Below are positions 38,458 to 47,284 of a stretch of DNA of 64,000 nt, one piece after another (position 1 is the first letter of the stretch; each line of letters opens with the position of its first letter). This DNA is from Planctomycetota bacterium (GTDB lineage: Bacteria; Planctomycetota; UBA11346), in NCBI GenBank assembly GCA_038231435.1, contig JBBRLJ010000015.1:1-64000 (forward strand), in the 5' to 3' direction. The notes below the pieces were generated by a model. It was not told the origin of the DNA and ran no database searches. It worked only from the letters and a program-made list of their open reading frames with translations. The translations under genes were made by a program, and so were the position numbers.

Positions 38458-39279
38458 ATGGCCGACCCGATCAAGTTCAGCGCTCCCGACTGGTGCTTCT
38501 TCCGCGAGAATCCCGACCCGGCGGCCTACTACCGCAAGCTCAAGCAGCTCGGCTTCACCGGCGTCGAGATGGTCGATCCATCGCGCTGGCCCGCGGCCCG
38601 CTCCGCCGGACTCTCGATTCTCAACATTCCCGGACCGGGCATGGAGAAGGGCCTCAACCGCGTCGAGAACCATGCCGAATTGGTGCCGAAGATCCGCGCG
38701 CTGATCGATCAGGCGGCATTCGAGAAGATCCCCCATGTCATCGTCTTCAGCGGCAACCGCGGCGGGCTCGACGATCGCACTGGCCTGTCGAATTGCGCGA
38801 CCGCCCTCGGCCCATTGGCGCGCGAAGCCGACAAGGCGCGGGTGACGCTGATCTTCGAGATGTTCTGCCAGCAGAACCATCCGGATTACATGGCCGACAA
38901 CTCGCGCTTCGGCTTCGACCTCGTGCAGAAGGTCGGCTCGCGCTCGCTGAAGGTGCTCTACGACATCTACCACATGGCGCAGATGGGCGAGGACGTCATC
39001 AAGGACATCACCGGCAATCTCAAGTCGGTCGCGCACATCCATGTCGCCGAGAAGCCCAAGCGCACCGCCCCGCTCCCGGCCGGCGAGATCCCGTACGGCA
39101 AGATCGTGCGCGCGGTGCACGAGGCCGGCTACAGCGGCTATTGGGGCCTCGAATACCACGCCGCTCCGGACCATTTCTCCGAAATGGGCGAGGCTCTCAT
39201 GGCCCTCAAGTCGGGGGCATCCGGTCCCACGGCTTCGGCCTCCGGCCTGCCCCCCAAGAAGCAGGATCAGGGGGGATAG
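38458..39279 (+). CDS. Hydroxypyruvate isomerase family TIM-barrel protein
   Basis: GFTGVEM, IVFSGNR, HPDYMAD, LYDIYHM, HIHVAE..RTAP..GEI, GYWGLEY. Confidence 0.85.
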   Translation: MADPIKFSAPDWCFFRENPDPAAYYRKLKQLGFTGVEMVDPSRWPAARSAGLSILNIPGPGMEKGLNRVENHAELVPKIRALIDQAAFEKIPHVIVFSGNRGGLDDRTGLSNCATALGPLAREADKARVTLIFEMFCQQNHPDYMADNSRFGFDLVQKVGSRSLKVLYDIYHMAQMGEDVIKDITGNLKSVAHIHVAEKPKRTAPLPAGEIPYGKIVRAVHEAGYSGYWGLEYHAAPDHFSEMGEALMALKSGASGPTASASGLPPKKQDQGG

Positions 39280-39287
39280 GAACGTCG

Positions 39288-40670
39288 GTGAACAAGCTCG
39301 ATCAGTCGTCCTTGCGCATCATGCGCAAGTTCGCGGGCTTCGTTGCATGCGCGGTGTGCGCCCTCAACGGGTTCGGCGCCGCTTCCATGGTCGCTGCTGC
39401 CGAGACTGCCAAGGCCGAGGAACCGGCGTTCGAGAGCCGTGAGAGCGGGGAGTGGCCACAGTACGGATACGACGCGGGGTGCCGGTTCGCGACACCTGGA
39501 TCGCTGGCCTCGGTGCTCAAACCCAAATGGGTGTTCAAGCGGGCGCCGCCGGCGGCGCGAATCGCATCCATCATCATCCATGGCGATCGCGTGCTGGTCG
39601 AGTGCACTGGCGATCAGAATGGCGACGCCAAGATCGGCGATCCCGCGAACAATCCGTACCTCTACGGCCTCGACGCCGCGACTGGGGCCAAGGCTTGGGA
39701 GTGGTCGCACAAGCACGACATGGGCATCGGCTGCACGCTCGCGGTGTCGGGGACCAAGCTGTTCTACAACGACGACGGCTTCGGCTGGGTCGATGTCGAG
39801 AAGGGTGGAGGCAACGATTTCGGCAGCTCGGCCGATAGCTGGGGTTACATCAATGTCGATGCCAAGGCCGGGCTGGTGGTGAAGTCCAACACCTGGCGCG
39901 TCGACAATCCCGAGACCTCGATCGAGGGCTTCGGCCTGGACGGCAGCCACAGGTGGACGGCCCTCAACGACAATGGCCAGAAGACCCAGGATCGCATGGC
40001 CTTCGCCTCGCTCTGCCAAGGCGCGGGCCTGGTGTTCGTGTCGGTCGAATGGTCCGGACCTTCGCCGAAGAAGCACAAACAGGGGTTGTACGCCCTGAAG
40101 CAAGCCGACGGCAGCGAGGCATGGGGCGTCGAGGGCGATTGGGGCGGCGTATCGTGCGACGGAAACTTCGTGTACTGCGTGCTCAAGGACGCCAAGGGCT
40201 GCAAGCTCTGCTGCCTGACGCCAGGCGATGGCAAACCGCAATGGTCGGCCAACGTCGGTCAGCACGTCCATCATCCGCCGGCCCTGGGCCGCGGCATGTG
40301 CGTGCTGGTCACCGATGGCGGCACCTTGCTGGCGGTGCCGAGCGAAGGTGCCAAGGCGGGCAAGGCTCTGGCATGGCAAGGCCAGACCGAGCCACCGCTC
40401 AAGGGCGACGGCGTATCGGTGCGCAATTCGGTGCTCGCCATCGCCGAAGGCGCCGGCAAGAACGGCGTGTTGGTGGTGGCGAATGGCAAATCGGTGCGCT
40501 GCCTCGATCTGAAGCGCGGGTCGCCGTTGGGCGAACTTCCCTGGGATCCAGCGCTCGGCGCCGCCGAGAATCCGGCCATCGCCGACGGGTGCCTGGTGGT
40601 GAACGGCTCCGAGGGCGTGATGTGCTACGGCCCGCCTCCCGACAAGAAGGACAAGGCGAAAGCGAAATGA
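39288..40670 (+). CDS. Exported PQQ/BamB-like beta-propeller repeat protein
   Basis: Signal peptide; WPQYGYDAG; repeated LYGLDAATGAKAW, LYALKQADGSEAW, LTPGDGKPQW. Start is GTG 39288 or ATG 39321. Confidence 0.85.
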   Translation: MNKLDQSSLRIMRKFAGFVACAVCALNGFGAASMVAAAETAKAEEPAFESRESGEWPQYGYDAGCRFATPGSLASVLKPKWVFKRAPPAARIASIIIHGDRVLVECTGDQNGDAKIGDPANNPYLYGLDAATGAKAWEWSHKHDMGIGCTLAVSGTKLFYNDDGFGWVDVEKGGGNDFGSSADSWGYINVDAKAGLVVKSNTWRVDNPETSIEGFGLDGSHRWTALNDNGQKTQDRMAFASLCQGAGLVFVSVEWSGPSPKKHKQGLYALKQADGSEAWGVEGDWGGVSCDGNFVYCVLKDAKGCKLCCLTPGDGKPQWSANVGQHVHHPPALGRGMCVLVTDGGTLLAVPSEGAKAGKALAWQGQTEPPLKGDGVSVRNSVLAIAEGAGKNGVLVVANGKSVRCLDLKRGSPLGELPWDPALGAAENPAIADGCLVVNGSEGVMCYGPPPDKKDKAKAK

Positions 40671-41131
40671 GCTCTCACGCGCGAGATGTACCTGGGGTGG
40701 TTGCGATGATCGGTCGCATCCTGCTCGGCGTGACCACGGCGATGGTCGTGCCCGCATCGCTCGTGCTGGTTTCCTGCGGAGAGACTCCAGCACCCGCGCC
40801 CGCGCCAGCTGCCATTCAAGTGGACCCCGCGGATCCCACGATGGCGTCCCCGGTTGCCCCCGCGTCTATGCCCGTGCCAGAGCCCGTGTCGAAGCAAGGG
40901 ACGCTGCCGGCAGAAACGGTGACTCCCGCGCTCGCGGCCGATGCACCGCAACTCGAACAGCCCGCCGTCGAGGCGAAGCCGACGACGGCGCACTACGTAT
41001 GTCCCAGACACCCGCAGGTGATCAGCGACATTCCGGGCAAGTGTCCAGAGTGCGGCCTGAAACTCATGAAGCGCGCCGCCGACGCGCCTCCACCCACGCC
41101 GTCCACGGAAGTTCCGCCCCCGCGACCTTGA
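40667..41131 (+). CDS. Pro-rich lipoprotein with a heavy-metal-binding domain (HMBD)
   Basis: Lipobox LVSC; YVCPRHPQVISDIPGKCPECGLKL; ATGA overlap with the upstream gene. Confidence 0.8.
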   Translation: MSSHARDVPGVVAMIGRILLGVTTAMVVPASLVLVSCGETPAPAPAPAAIQVDPADPTMASPVAPASMPVPEPVSKQGTLPAETVTPALAADAPQLEQPAVEAKPTTAHYVCPRHPQVISDIPGKCPECGLKLMKRAADAPPPTPSTEVPPPRP

Positions 41132-41163
41132 CCGTCGCCGCGCTACGAACGCCCGGAGACACC

Positions 41164-41290
41164 TAAAAAACCCGAGCGGCGCAGCCGCGAGCGCCCGCCG
41201 AGCTCCGGTTTGCGTGAACAATGGGCGAAGTCCATCACGCAAACGTTTTCGCGCGTAGCGCGAAAACGAGGAGCGGCAAAGGGCGGGGGC
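41164..41290 (-). repeat. Structured intergenic repeat, copy A6 (core 41192-41285)
   Basis: Minus strand: CGCCC-TTT-GCCG-CTCC-TC-[GTTTTCGCGC-TAC-GCGCGAAAAC]-[GTTTGCGTGA..TCACGCAAAC]-C-GGAG-CT-CGGC-GGGCG. Confidence 0.9.
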
Positions 41291-41306
41291 CCCGCACAAA
41301 ACGCCA

Positions 41307-41361
41307 GCGGCCAAAATGAAGCGCGACAAAGGCGCGCGGGGGCCCGGGGGCAGAGCCCCCG
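41307..41361 (-). repeat. Truncated 5' half of the repeat (A7), near-identical to the start of A4
   Basis: Reverse complement CGGGGGCTCTGCCCCCGGGCCCCCGCGCGCCTTTGTCGCGCTTCATTTTGGCCGC matches 33102-33156 with one mismatch. Confidence 0.85.
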
Positions 41362-41366
41362 AAACC

Positions 41367-42230
41367 TCAGTGCGGATAGGGAGTGATGCTGAAATTCACC
41401 GAAGTCTCGTACTTCGCTCCAGGCCCGAACCAGCTGTCGCAGATCACCTGCCAGCGGCCGTTCTCCCACAGTTCCTGGATGGCGCTGTCGAGCGCATCGC
41501 GCCAGCGCGATTGGTTCTCGGGTACCGCGATGCCGTACGGTTCGGTGGTGAAGCGGTCGCCAGCCAGACGGTAGGCGTCTGGCTCCCTGGCGTTCTTCAT
41601 CAGCCCGATGAGGATGAGGGTGTCGGTGGTGATCGCATCGACCTCGTCCTTGTCGAATCCGGCCATCAGCTCATCGAAATTGGCATAGACCTTGGTGGCG
41701 CAGTCGGGAGCAACCTGCTTCATGTAGTACGAGCTGGTCGAGCCCTTCACGCAGCCGACGGTCTTGCCGGCGAGGTCGAGGTAGCTCGCGATCGGCGACT
41801 CCTTCTTCACCAGCAGTCCCTCGCCGTCCTGGAAGTAGGGTAGGGTGAAATCGACCTTCTTCTCGCGGTAGCGGGTGATGGTCATCGACGCGACCACCAT
41901 GTCGACATCGCCATGCAGCAGGCGCTTGATGCGGTCGGCGCTGGTGACCGGCACGAACTCGACCTGCTCGATGCCGAGCTGCTTGGCGACCGCCATCGCG
42001 ATGTCGATGTCGAAGCCGACGTAGGTGTCGCCTGAGGCGACGCCGAACGGTGGCGTATCGGCCTTCACGCCGATGCGCACGCGCTTATCGGCCATCACGC
42101 GAGCGAATATGTCCTCGCGCGGCGCAGCGGCTGCCGCGGCAGCCGCTGCAGGAGCAGGACGATCGCCGTCGCACGCGGCGAGCAGCATGCCGAAGATAGC
42201 GAGCAGGAAGAGGCCGCAGCGGGTGCTCAT
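41367..42230 (-). CDS. Polar amino acid ABC transporter substrate-binding lipoprotein (family 3)
   Basis: Lipobox LAAC; IGVKADTPPFG, GFDIDIA, VTSADRI, MTITRYR, EPYGIA. Confidence 0.92.
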   Translation of the reverse strand: MSTRCGLFLLAIFGMLLAACDGDRPAPAAAAAAAAAPREDIFARVMADKRVRIGVKADTPPFGVASGDTYVGFDIDIAMAVAKQLGIEQVEFVPVTSADRIKRLLHGDVDMVVASMTITRYREKKVDFTLPYFQDGEGLLVKKESPIASYLDLAGKTVGCVKGSTSSYYMKQVAPDCATKVYANFDELMAGFDKDEVDAITTDTLILIGLMKNAREPDAYRLAGDRFTTEPYGIAVPENQSRWRDALDSAIQELWENGRWQVICDSWFGPGAKYETSVNFSITPYPH

Positions 42231-42283
42231 CGGGGATTCCTGGGACGGGTGATGGCGGGATGGGCGGTGCAGGGTGCGCATGA

Positions 42284-43267
42284 TCATTCGAACCGACGCT
42301 GCTTGACCGAGCCGTAGCGCAGTTGCATGCATTCGCGCAGCTTCTCACCCAGCTTCTCGTCGTTCGGCTTCTTCTCGCACAGCGCGCTGTACTGCTGCAT
42401 CGCCTTCGACAGCACCACGAACGCCTTCTCGTACATCTGGTCGCGCTCGGGAGTGTTGCCCTTCGAGATCGCCTGGGCGTAGATGTCCTTGCCCTTGGCG
42501 AACACCGCGTCGGCGCCGGACTCGCTGCCATCGCTGGCGGGGACATCCTCGTCGGCGCTAGGGCTGGGCATCTTGTTCGCGCGCTTGGCCGACGCTTCGT
42601 CCGGGTAGTAGATCAGGCGCTGGGGATTCACGTTTGCGACGGCGCGGTGATCGGACGGGTAGTAGTATTTGCTGTCGAGCTCGGAGCAGAACGGTCCCTT
42701 CTTCTTGGCGGGCTCGCCCGGCGCCGGTGCCGGCGACGGAGCGGCGCTGGCGATCGGCGCGGATGCGGGCGCGTTCGCCGGAGCGTCTGGGGCATCGGTG
42801 GCTTCGACCTCGGCCCATGCGCCGGATCCCGACCACACGCCGGACTTGCCGGACTTGGCCCGCTCCTGGGCTTTGCGGATCGGCTCGTCGAATTGGGGCT
42901 CTGGGCGCGTCCCGGGCTTGTAGCGCGCGAAGCCGCCAGCCACGAGCACATCGTTGACGTTGGTCTTGTCGGGTAAAAGGAGTTGCACGCGCGCAATACC
43001 CTGGGCATCGACTCCGAAGCCGGATTTGTAGACCACCTCGACCTTCTTGCCCTTCACCAGCGAGGTCAACCGATCCTGGCAGGCTGCCTGCGCCGCGGGC
43101 TGCAGGGGCACGTCGAGATGCGCCAGCGACAGGCCCACCGGCAGTCCCTGGTACTGCACCACCACCCGGTCGGGCGCGGGCACCGAGAGGACGGGGAAGC
43201 TGTCGGCGGCGGGCACGGTCGAGGCCAGTGCCAGCAGTGCGAAAATGGCTAGGCGGGATGGCTTCAT
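42284..43267 (-). CDS. Secreted thermonuclease (SNase)-like protein with an Ada-like small domain and a helical C-terminus
   Basis: Signal peptide; LVKGKKVEV, NVNDVLVAGGFARY, AQERAKSGKSGVW; SKYYY...LIYYPDEASAKRA. Confidence 0.75.
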   Translation of the reverse strand: MKPSRLAIFALLALASTVPAADSFPVLSVPAPDRVVVQYQGLPVGLSLAHLDVPLQPAAQAACQDRLTSLVKGKKVEVVYKSGFGVDAQGIARVQLLLPDKTNVNDVLVAGGFARYKPGTRPEPQFDEPIRKAQERAKSGKSGVWSGSGAWAEVEATDAPDAPANAPASAPIASAAPSPAPAPGEPAKKKGPFCSELDSKYYYPSDHRAVANVNPQRLIYYPDEASAKRANKMPSPSADEDVPASDGSESGADAVFAKGKDIYAQAISKGNTPERDQMYEKAFVVLSKAMQQYSALCEKKPNDEKLGEKLRECMQLRYGSVKQRRFE

Positions 43268-43400
43268 GCGGGCTCCTGCGAAAGATGCTGTGGGAGAGGG
43301 GATGGGAGAGTCAAGGGCCACCACCCCATCGAGCCGCCCGCCGTCGAGACTTCAGTGCCCCAGTTGTTCACGGCGCGGAACCAGTGTCCACCACCCTCGC

Positions 43401-46400
43401 TCAGCCGTCAGGGTCGTCCCATTCCATCATGAAGGGCAGGCGCTGGTGGGGATTGTCGCGAGCGAACCACATGCCGCCGTTGCCCGCGTCCAGGCGCACC
43501 GGACCGGACTTCTTCAGCTGATCGATGCTGGGATATTTCTGGAAGGTTGCCGCTTCGCCGTCCTCCCACCGCGCCTCGCCCCGGCTGTGCCGCAGACCGA
43601 TCCAGGCGGCGGCGCGCGGAGCGACCAGCGCGATCACCGCTTCCTGCTCGGCAAGCGAGGTGATGCTGGCGAGATGGCCACCGAGCGCCTGGCAGCGCGC
43701 GCTCGCCTCCTCCCAGGTCACGCACAGCGGCACGAAGATGTAGGCGTGGCCGGAGAGCCGCGCAGCGTGGGTCAGCAGCGAGGTCACGTCGCCCCGGCGC
43801 GCCTCGAGCACGGTGCGGGCCTGCTCGGCGAGCCCGGCATGGCTGCCGTCGGTCAGCCAGCGCTCGCGCGCGCGTTCGATCTCGGCGGCGGGGAACCTGC
43901 CGTCGTCGTACAGGAAGGTCTCCGGAGGATGCGCGAGCAGCGGAGCGAGGGAGGTGATGGGATTGCCCGCGCATAGCAGCGTATCGAGACTGCAATCAGC
44001 CAATGGCGAGAGGTCGACGATGCGGTTGTCGCAGCAGTCGAGGTGCTTGAGCCTGGATCCTGCGAGCGGCGAGAGGTCGGCGATCTCGTTGCCGCTCACG
44101 CCGAGTTCGATCAGGGACAGTCCGGCGAGCGGCGAGAGGTCGACGATGCGATTCTCCTCCAGGATGACTTCGCGCAGGGTGGACATGCCGGCGAGCGGCG
44201 CCAGGTCCACCACCTGGTTCATCTCGCACGCGAGGTGCTCGAGCGGCGCGCCCGTCAGGGGACCGATGTCGGAGATGCCGCAATCTCCGCACTCGATGAA
44301 GGTCAGCGGCGCACCGGCGAGGCCGGCCAGAGAACCGATACGATCGCCCGTGCACATCAGGCTGGTCAACGGGATGCCCTCGAGCGGCGCCAGCGAGGTG
44401 AGCGGGTTGGCGGTGACGAACAGGGATCTCAGCCGCTGGTTTCCGCGCAGCGGCGCCAGGTCCGACACCAGGTTGTCGTCGCACGACAGCGACTTCAGCG
44501 GCATGCCGGAGACAGGGCCCAGATCCTGGATGCGGTTGCCCGAGCAGGTGAGGTCCTCGAGCGCCATGCCGCGCAGCGGCTCGAGGCTCTCGAGGTGGTT
44601 GTCGCTGCAGCGGACGTTCACCGGATGCAGGTGTTGGATGCCGGCGAGGTTCCGCAGCGACATCCCCGACACATCCAAGCTATGGACCCCGGAGGTCCTC
44701 CCCACCCACTCGAGCAGCGCGGTCGCCGCGTCCTCGGGCAGGCCAGGCTGCTTCGAGCTCAGCAGGCGCAGCGCCATGCGCGTGTCGGGGTCGTACGAGA
44801 ACGCCGTCTTCAGCAAGCCGATCGCCTGTGCATGGTCCTGCGCCAGCCAGGCGTTCATGGCGTCGAGCTCGATCAGACGCCCGCGGTACCGGCAGTCCGG
44901 AAAATCCCGATCGAGGATGGCGCGCACCGCGGTCGCGATCGACGGGTCGCCGGCGCTCGATCTGCGCGCGGCGAAATACGCCTTGGTCAGCGCGGACTCA
45001 GCGAGCTGGGTGCGTGGATGGTCGCTGGCGATGATGCGGTAGCGGGCCACCGCATCGTCGAACTGCCCGCATTCGACCAGCGAGTCGCCGGCGATCAGCG
45101 GGCTCGCCTTCTCGGGCAGGGCCAGGCGCTCCACGGTCAGCGACAGCAGGCGCAGCGTGCTCGAGAAGGTGCGCAGGCCGATCGAGTCGAGCCCTCGGCC
45201 GGAAAGCGGCAGTGGGTCCTCGTCGCGCTGCACCAGTTGGCCGTCGACGCGCATCTCGAGCGTTTCACCGCGCCGTTGCAGCACCACCGTCTGGATGGCC
45301 GCCGGCCGCCATCGGCTCGGCACCGCGGCATTGATGCCCGCGATCTGGGCTTCCGGATTGCGCGAGATGAAATCGGACGCGCCGCGGTAGCCGCCGAATT
45401 GGCAAGAATATCCCGGTGGCACCCAGTACCAGAATGGCAGGGGCGCCTTGCGGCTGCCGATGCAGATCTCGACTCCATCGGGCTCGGGCATCGACAGCGT
45501 CGCGGTCACGCGCACGTCGCCGGTGAGTCGCACATCCTTCAGCCACAGCCATTCGAAGCGGGTGACCTCCAGGCCGTGCTGGTCGACACGCCACGGCGTG
45601 ATCGGAGTATCCATGCGCTGGTTCCAGAATTCCACTCCGCCCAAGTTGGAAGCATCGGTGAAGCGTTGAGCGTAGGCGACGGTCCAGTCGGCCCGCGACA
45701 GCTTGCGTTCGACCAGGGCATAGGCGGCGAAGGCGAGCGCCACCACCGCGATGGTGCACCCCAGAGCGACCGGCAGGCGGTGCTTGCGCACCCGCTTGAC
45801 CATGCGACCGAGCATGCCGATGCGCCGCGCCCGGACTGGTTCGCCATTGAGAAAGCGCGTGATGTCCGCGGCGAGGTCGGAGGCCGAGGCGTAGCGCCGC
45901 TCGGGCCGCTTCTCGAGGCACTGCAGCACGATGGCCTCGAGCTCGGCGGGGATCGAACGATCGAGCCGGCGGGGCAGCGGCGGCTCCTCGGCGACCACTG
46001 CGGTCATCACCACGTAGGCGGATTCGCCCACGAACGGCGGCCTACCGGTGAGCGCGTCGTAGAACATCGCGCCGAGTCCCCAGACATCGCTGCGCGGACC
46101 CACCTGCAGGCCCTGTGCCTGCTCGGGCGACATGTACGCGGGTGTGCCCACGGTGCGGCCGGGGAGCGTCACGGCGGATTCATGGGCAACCGAGCGGGCC
46201 AGGCCGAAGTCCGTGATGTGTGGTTCGTGCTGCGGATCGATGAGCACGTTCGCCGGCTTGAGATCGCGGTGCACGATACCGTGATCGTGCGCGTGCTGGA
46301 TGGCGCGCGCCACCTTGGCGATGGTCTCGGCGCGTTCGCGATAGGTGCGGCTCTCGGCGCGCAGCCAGACGTCGAAGGTGGAGCCCTCGATCAGCTCCAT

Positions 46401-46808
46401 GGTATAGAAGTCGATACCATCCTTGCGGTCGACGTCGTAGACCGGCACGATGTTGGGATGGCGCAGCCGCGCGGCTGCAGCCGACTCGATATGGAAGCGT
46501 TCGAGGTCCTCGCTGGTGATGCCCTGGTCGGTGCGCAGCAACTTGAGCGCCACCTTGCGATCGAGGTGCCGGTCGAGCGCCTCGTACACGACGCCCATGC
46601 TGCCGGCGGCGATATGGCGCAGGAGGAGGTAGTGGCCGAGCGAAGTCCCTGGCGCGGGCGGCGCCGGGCCGCGCGGCAGGCTGCTGGGCGACGCGGCGTG
46701 ATCGCCGCCGAGAGCAGACAGCGCCTCGGTGCAACGGGTCGCGATCGCCGCCTGATCCGTGCCAGGGGGTGTCATGGTCGCAGGCGCGTCGTGCGGATTC
46801 TCTGGCAT
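43401..46808 (-). CDS. Membrane Ser/Thr (Hanks-type) kinase with extracytoplasmic beta-sandwich, TPR-like, LRR and C-type lectin domains
   Basis: GSMGVVY, VALK, HRDLKPAN, DFG, GTPAYMSPEQ, DVWGLG; TM after RVRKHR; about 12 LxPL.G..L..L.C..N.I repeats; TWEEASARCQALGGHLASI...WIGL...W.DG. Confidence 0.93.
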   Translation of the reverse strand: MPENPHDAPATMTPPGTDQAAIATRCTEALSALGGDHAASPSSLPRGPAPPAPGTSLGHYLLLRHIAAGSMGVVYEALDRHLDRKVALKLLRTDQGITSEDLERFHIESAAAARLRHPNIVPVYDVDRKDGIDFYTMELIEGSTFDVWLRAESRTYRERAETIAKVARAIQHAHDHGIVHRDLKPANVLIDPQHEPHITDFGLARSVAHESAVTLPGRTVGTPAYMSPEQAQGLQVGPRSDVWGLGAMFYDALTGRPPFVGESAYVVMTAVVAEEPPLPRRLDRSIPAELEAIVLQCLEKRPERRYASASDLAADITRFLNGEPVRARRIGMLGRMVKRVRKHRLPVALGCTIAVVALAFAAYALVERKLSRADWTVAYAQRFTDASNLGGVEFWNQRMDTPITPWRVDQHGLEVTRFEWLWLKDVRLTGDVRVTATLSMPEPDGVEICIGSRKAPLPFWYWVPPGYSCQFGGYRGASDFISRNPEAQIAGINAAVPSRWRPAAIQTVVLQRRGETLEMRVDGQLVQRDEDPLPLSGRGLDSIGLRTFSSTLRLLSLTVERLALPEKASPLIAGDSLVECGQFDDAVARYRIIASDHPRTQLAESALTKAYFAARRSSAGDPSIATAVRAILDRDFPDCRYRGRLIELDAMNAWLAQDHAQAIGLLKTAFSYDPDTRMALRLLSSKQPGLPEDAATALLEWVGRTSGVHSLDVSGMSLRNLAGIQHLHPVNVRCSDNHLESLEPLRGMALEDLTCSGNRIQDLGPVSGMPLKSLSCDDNLVSDLAPLRGNQRLRSLFVTANPLTSLAPLEGIPLTSLMCTGDRIGSLAGLAGAPLTFIECGDCGISDIGPLTGAPLEHLACEMNQVVDLAPLAGMSTLREVILEENRIVDLSPLAGLSLIELGVSGNEIADLSPLAGSRLKHLDCCDNRIVDLSPLADCSLDTLLCAGNPITSLAPLLAHPPETFLYDDGRFPAAEIERARERWLTDGSHAGLAEQARTVLEARRGDVTSLLTHAARLSGHAYIFVPLCVTWEEASARCQALGGHLASITSLAEQEAVIALVAPRAAAWIGLRHSRGEARWEDGEAATFQKYPSIDQLKKSGPVRLDAGNGGMWFARDNPHQRLPFMMEWDDPDG

Positions 46809-47284
46809 CGAGTGATCGTGTCCCAGGGCGATCGGGAGAGCTCAGGGAAGTCTACACCATCGTCCGTGTTTTCCGCCGTCGGTAATGCCTGCGAGCAGCA
46901 TGCTGTGGGTTGCTCGATCCACGGCCAGGAAGACATAAGTAATGTTATAAATTATGGTTACGTCAGCAGCCTGATGGCGTGTGGTGCGCAAGCGCATCCG
47001 CGATGCACGTCGCGATCAGACGAACATCCGGACTTCCTCCGCTCGTGACCTCGTCGCACGGTCGGGCAGTGGAGCGACCAGGCCGTCGAGGTCGTGGAAC
47101 CGGGCAGCGACCACTTACCCTAAGAGCAATGGTAGTAGCATGTTGCAATATTTCACCGGTTTAGTGTGTGATTCAGCTAGGACAGGCCGGAGCTCCCGGA
47201 GCGTTTCACCGGCCCGCCCCGTCGGAGTTGACTGGCGAGGGCATGCGGTTGCCCCCGTCACCTGTCCAAATGGAGTCCCGGACC

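Noticed and set aside
43401..43760. Diversity-generating retroelement target (C-type lectin domain, GNA hairpins in the genome)
   Set aside because: No reverse transcriptase and no template/variable repeat pair with adenine-specific mismatches in the window.
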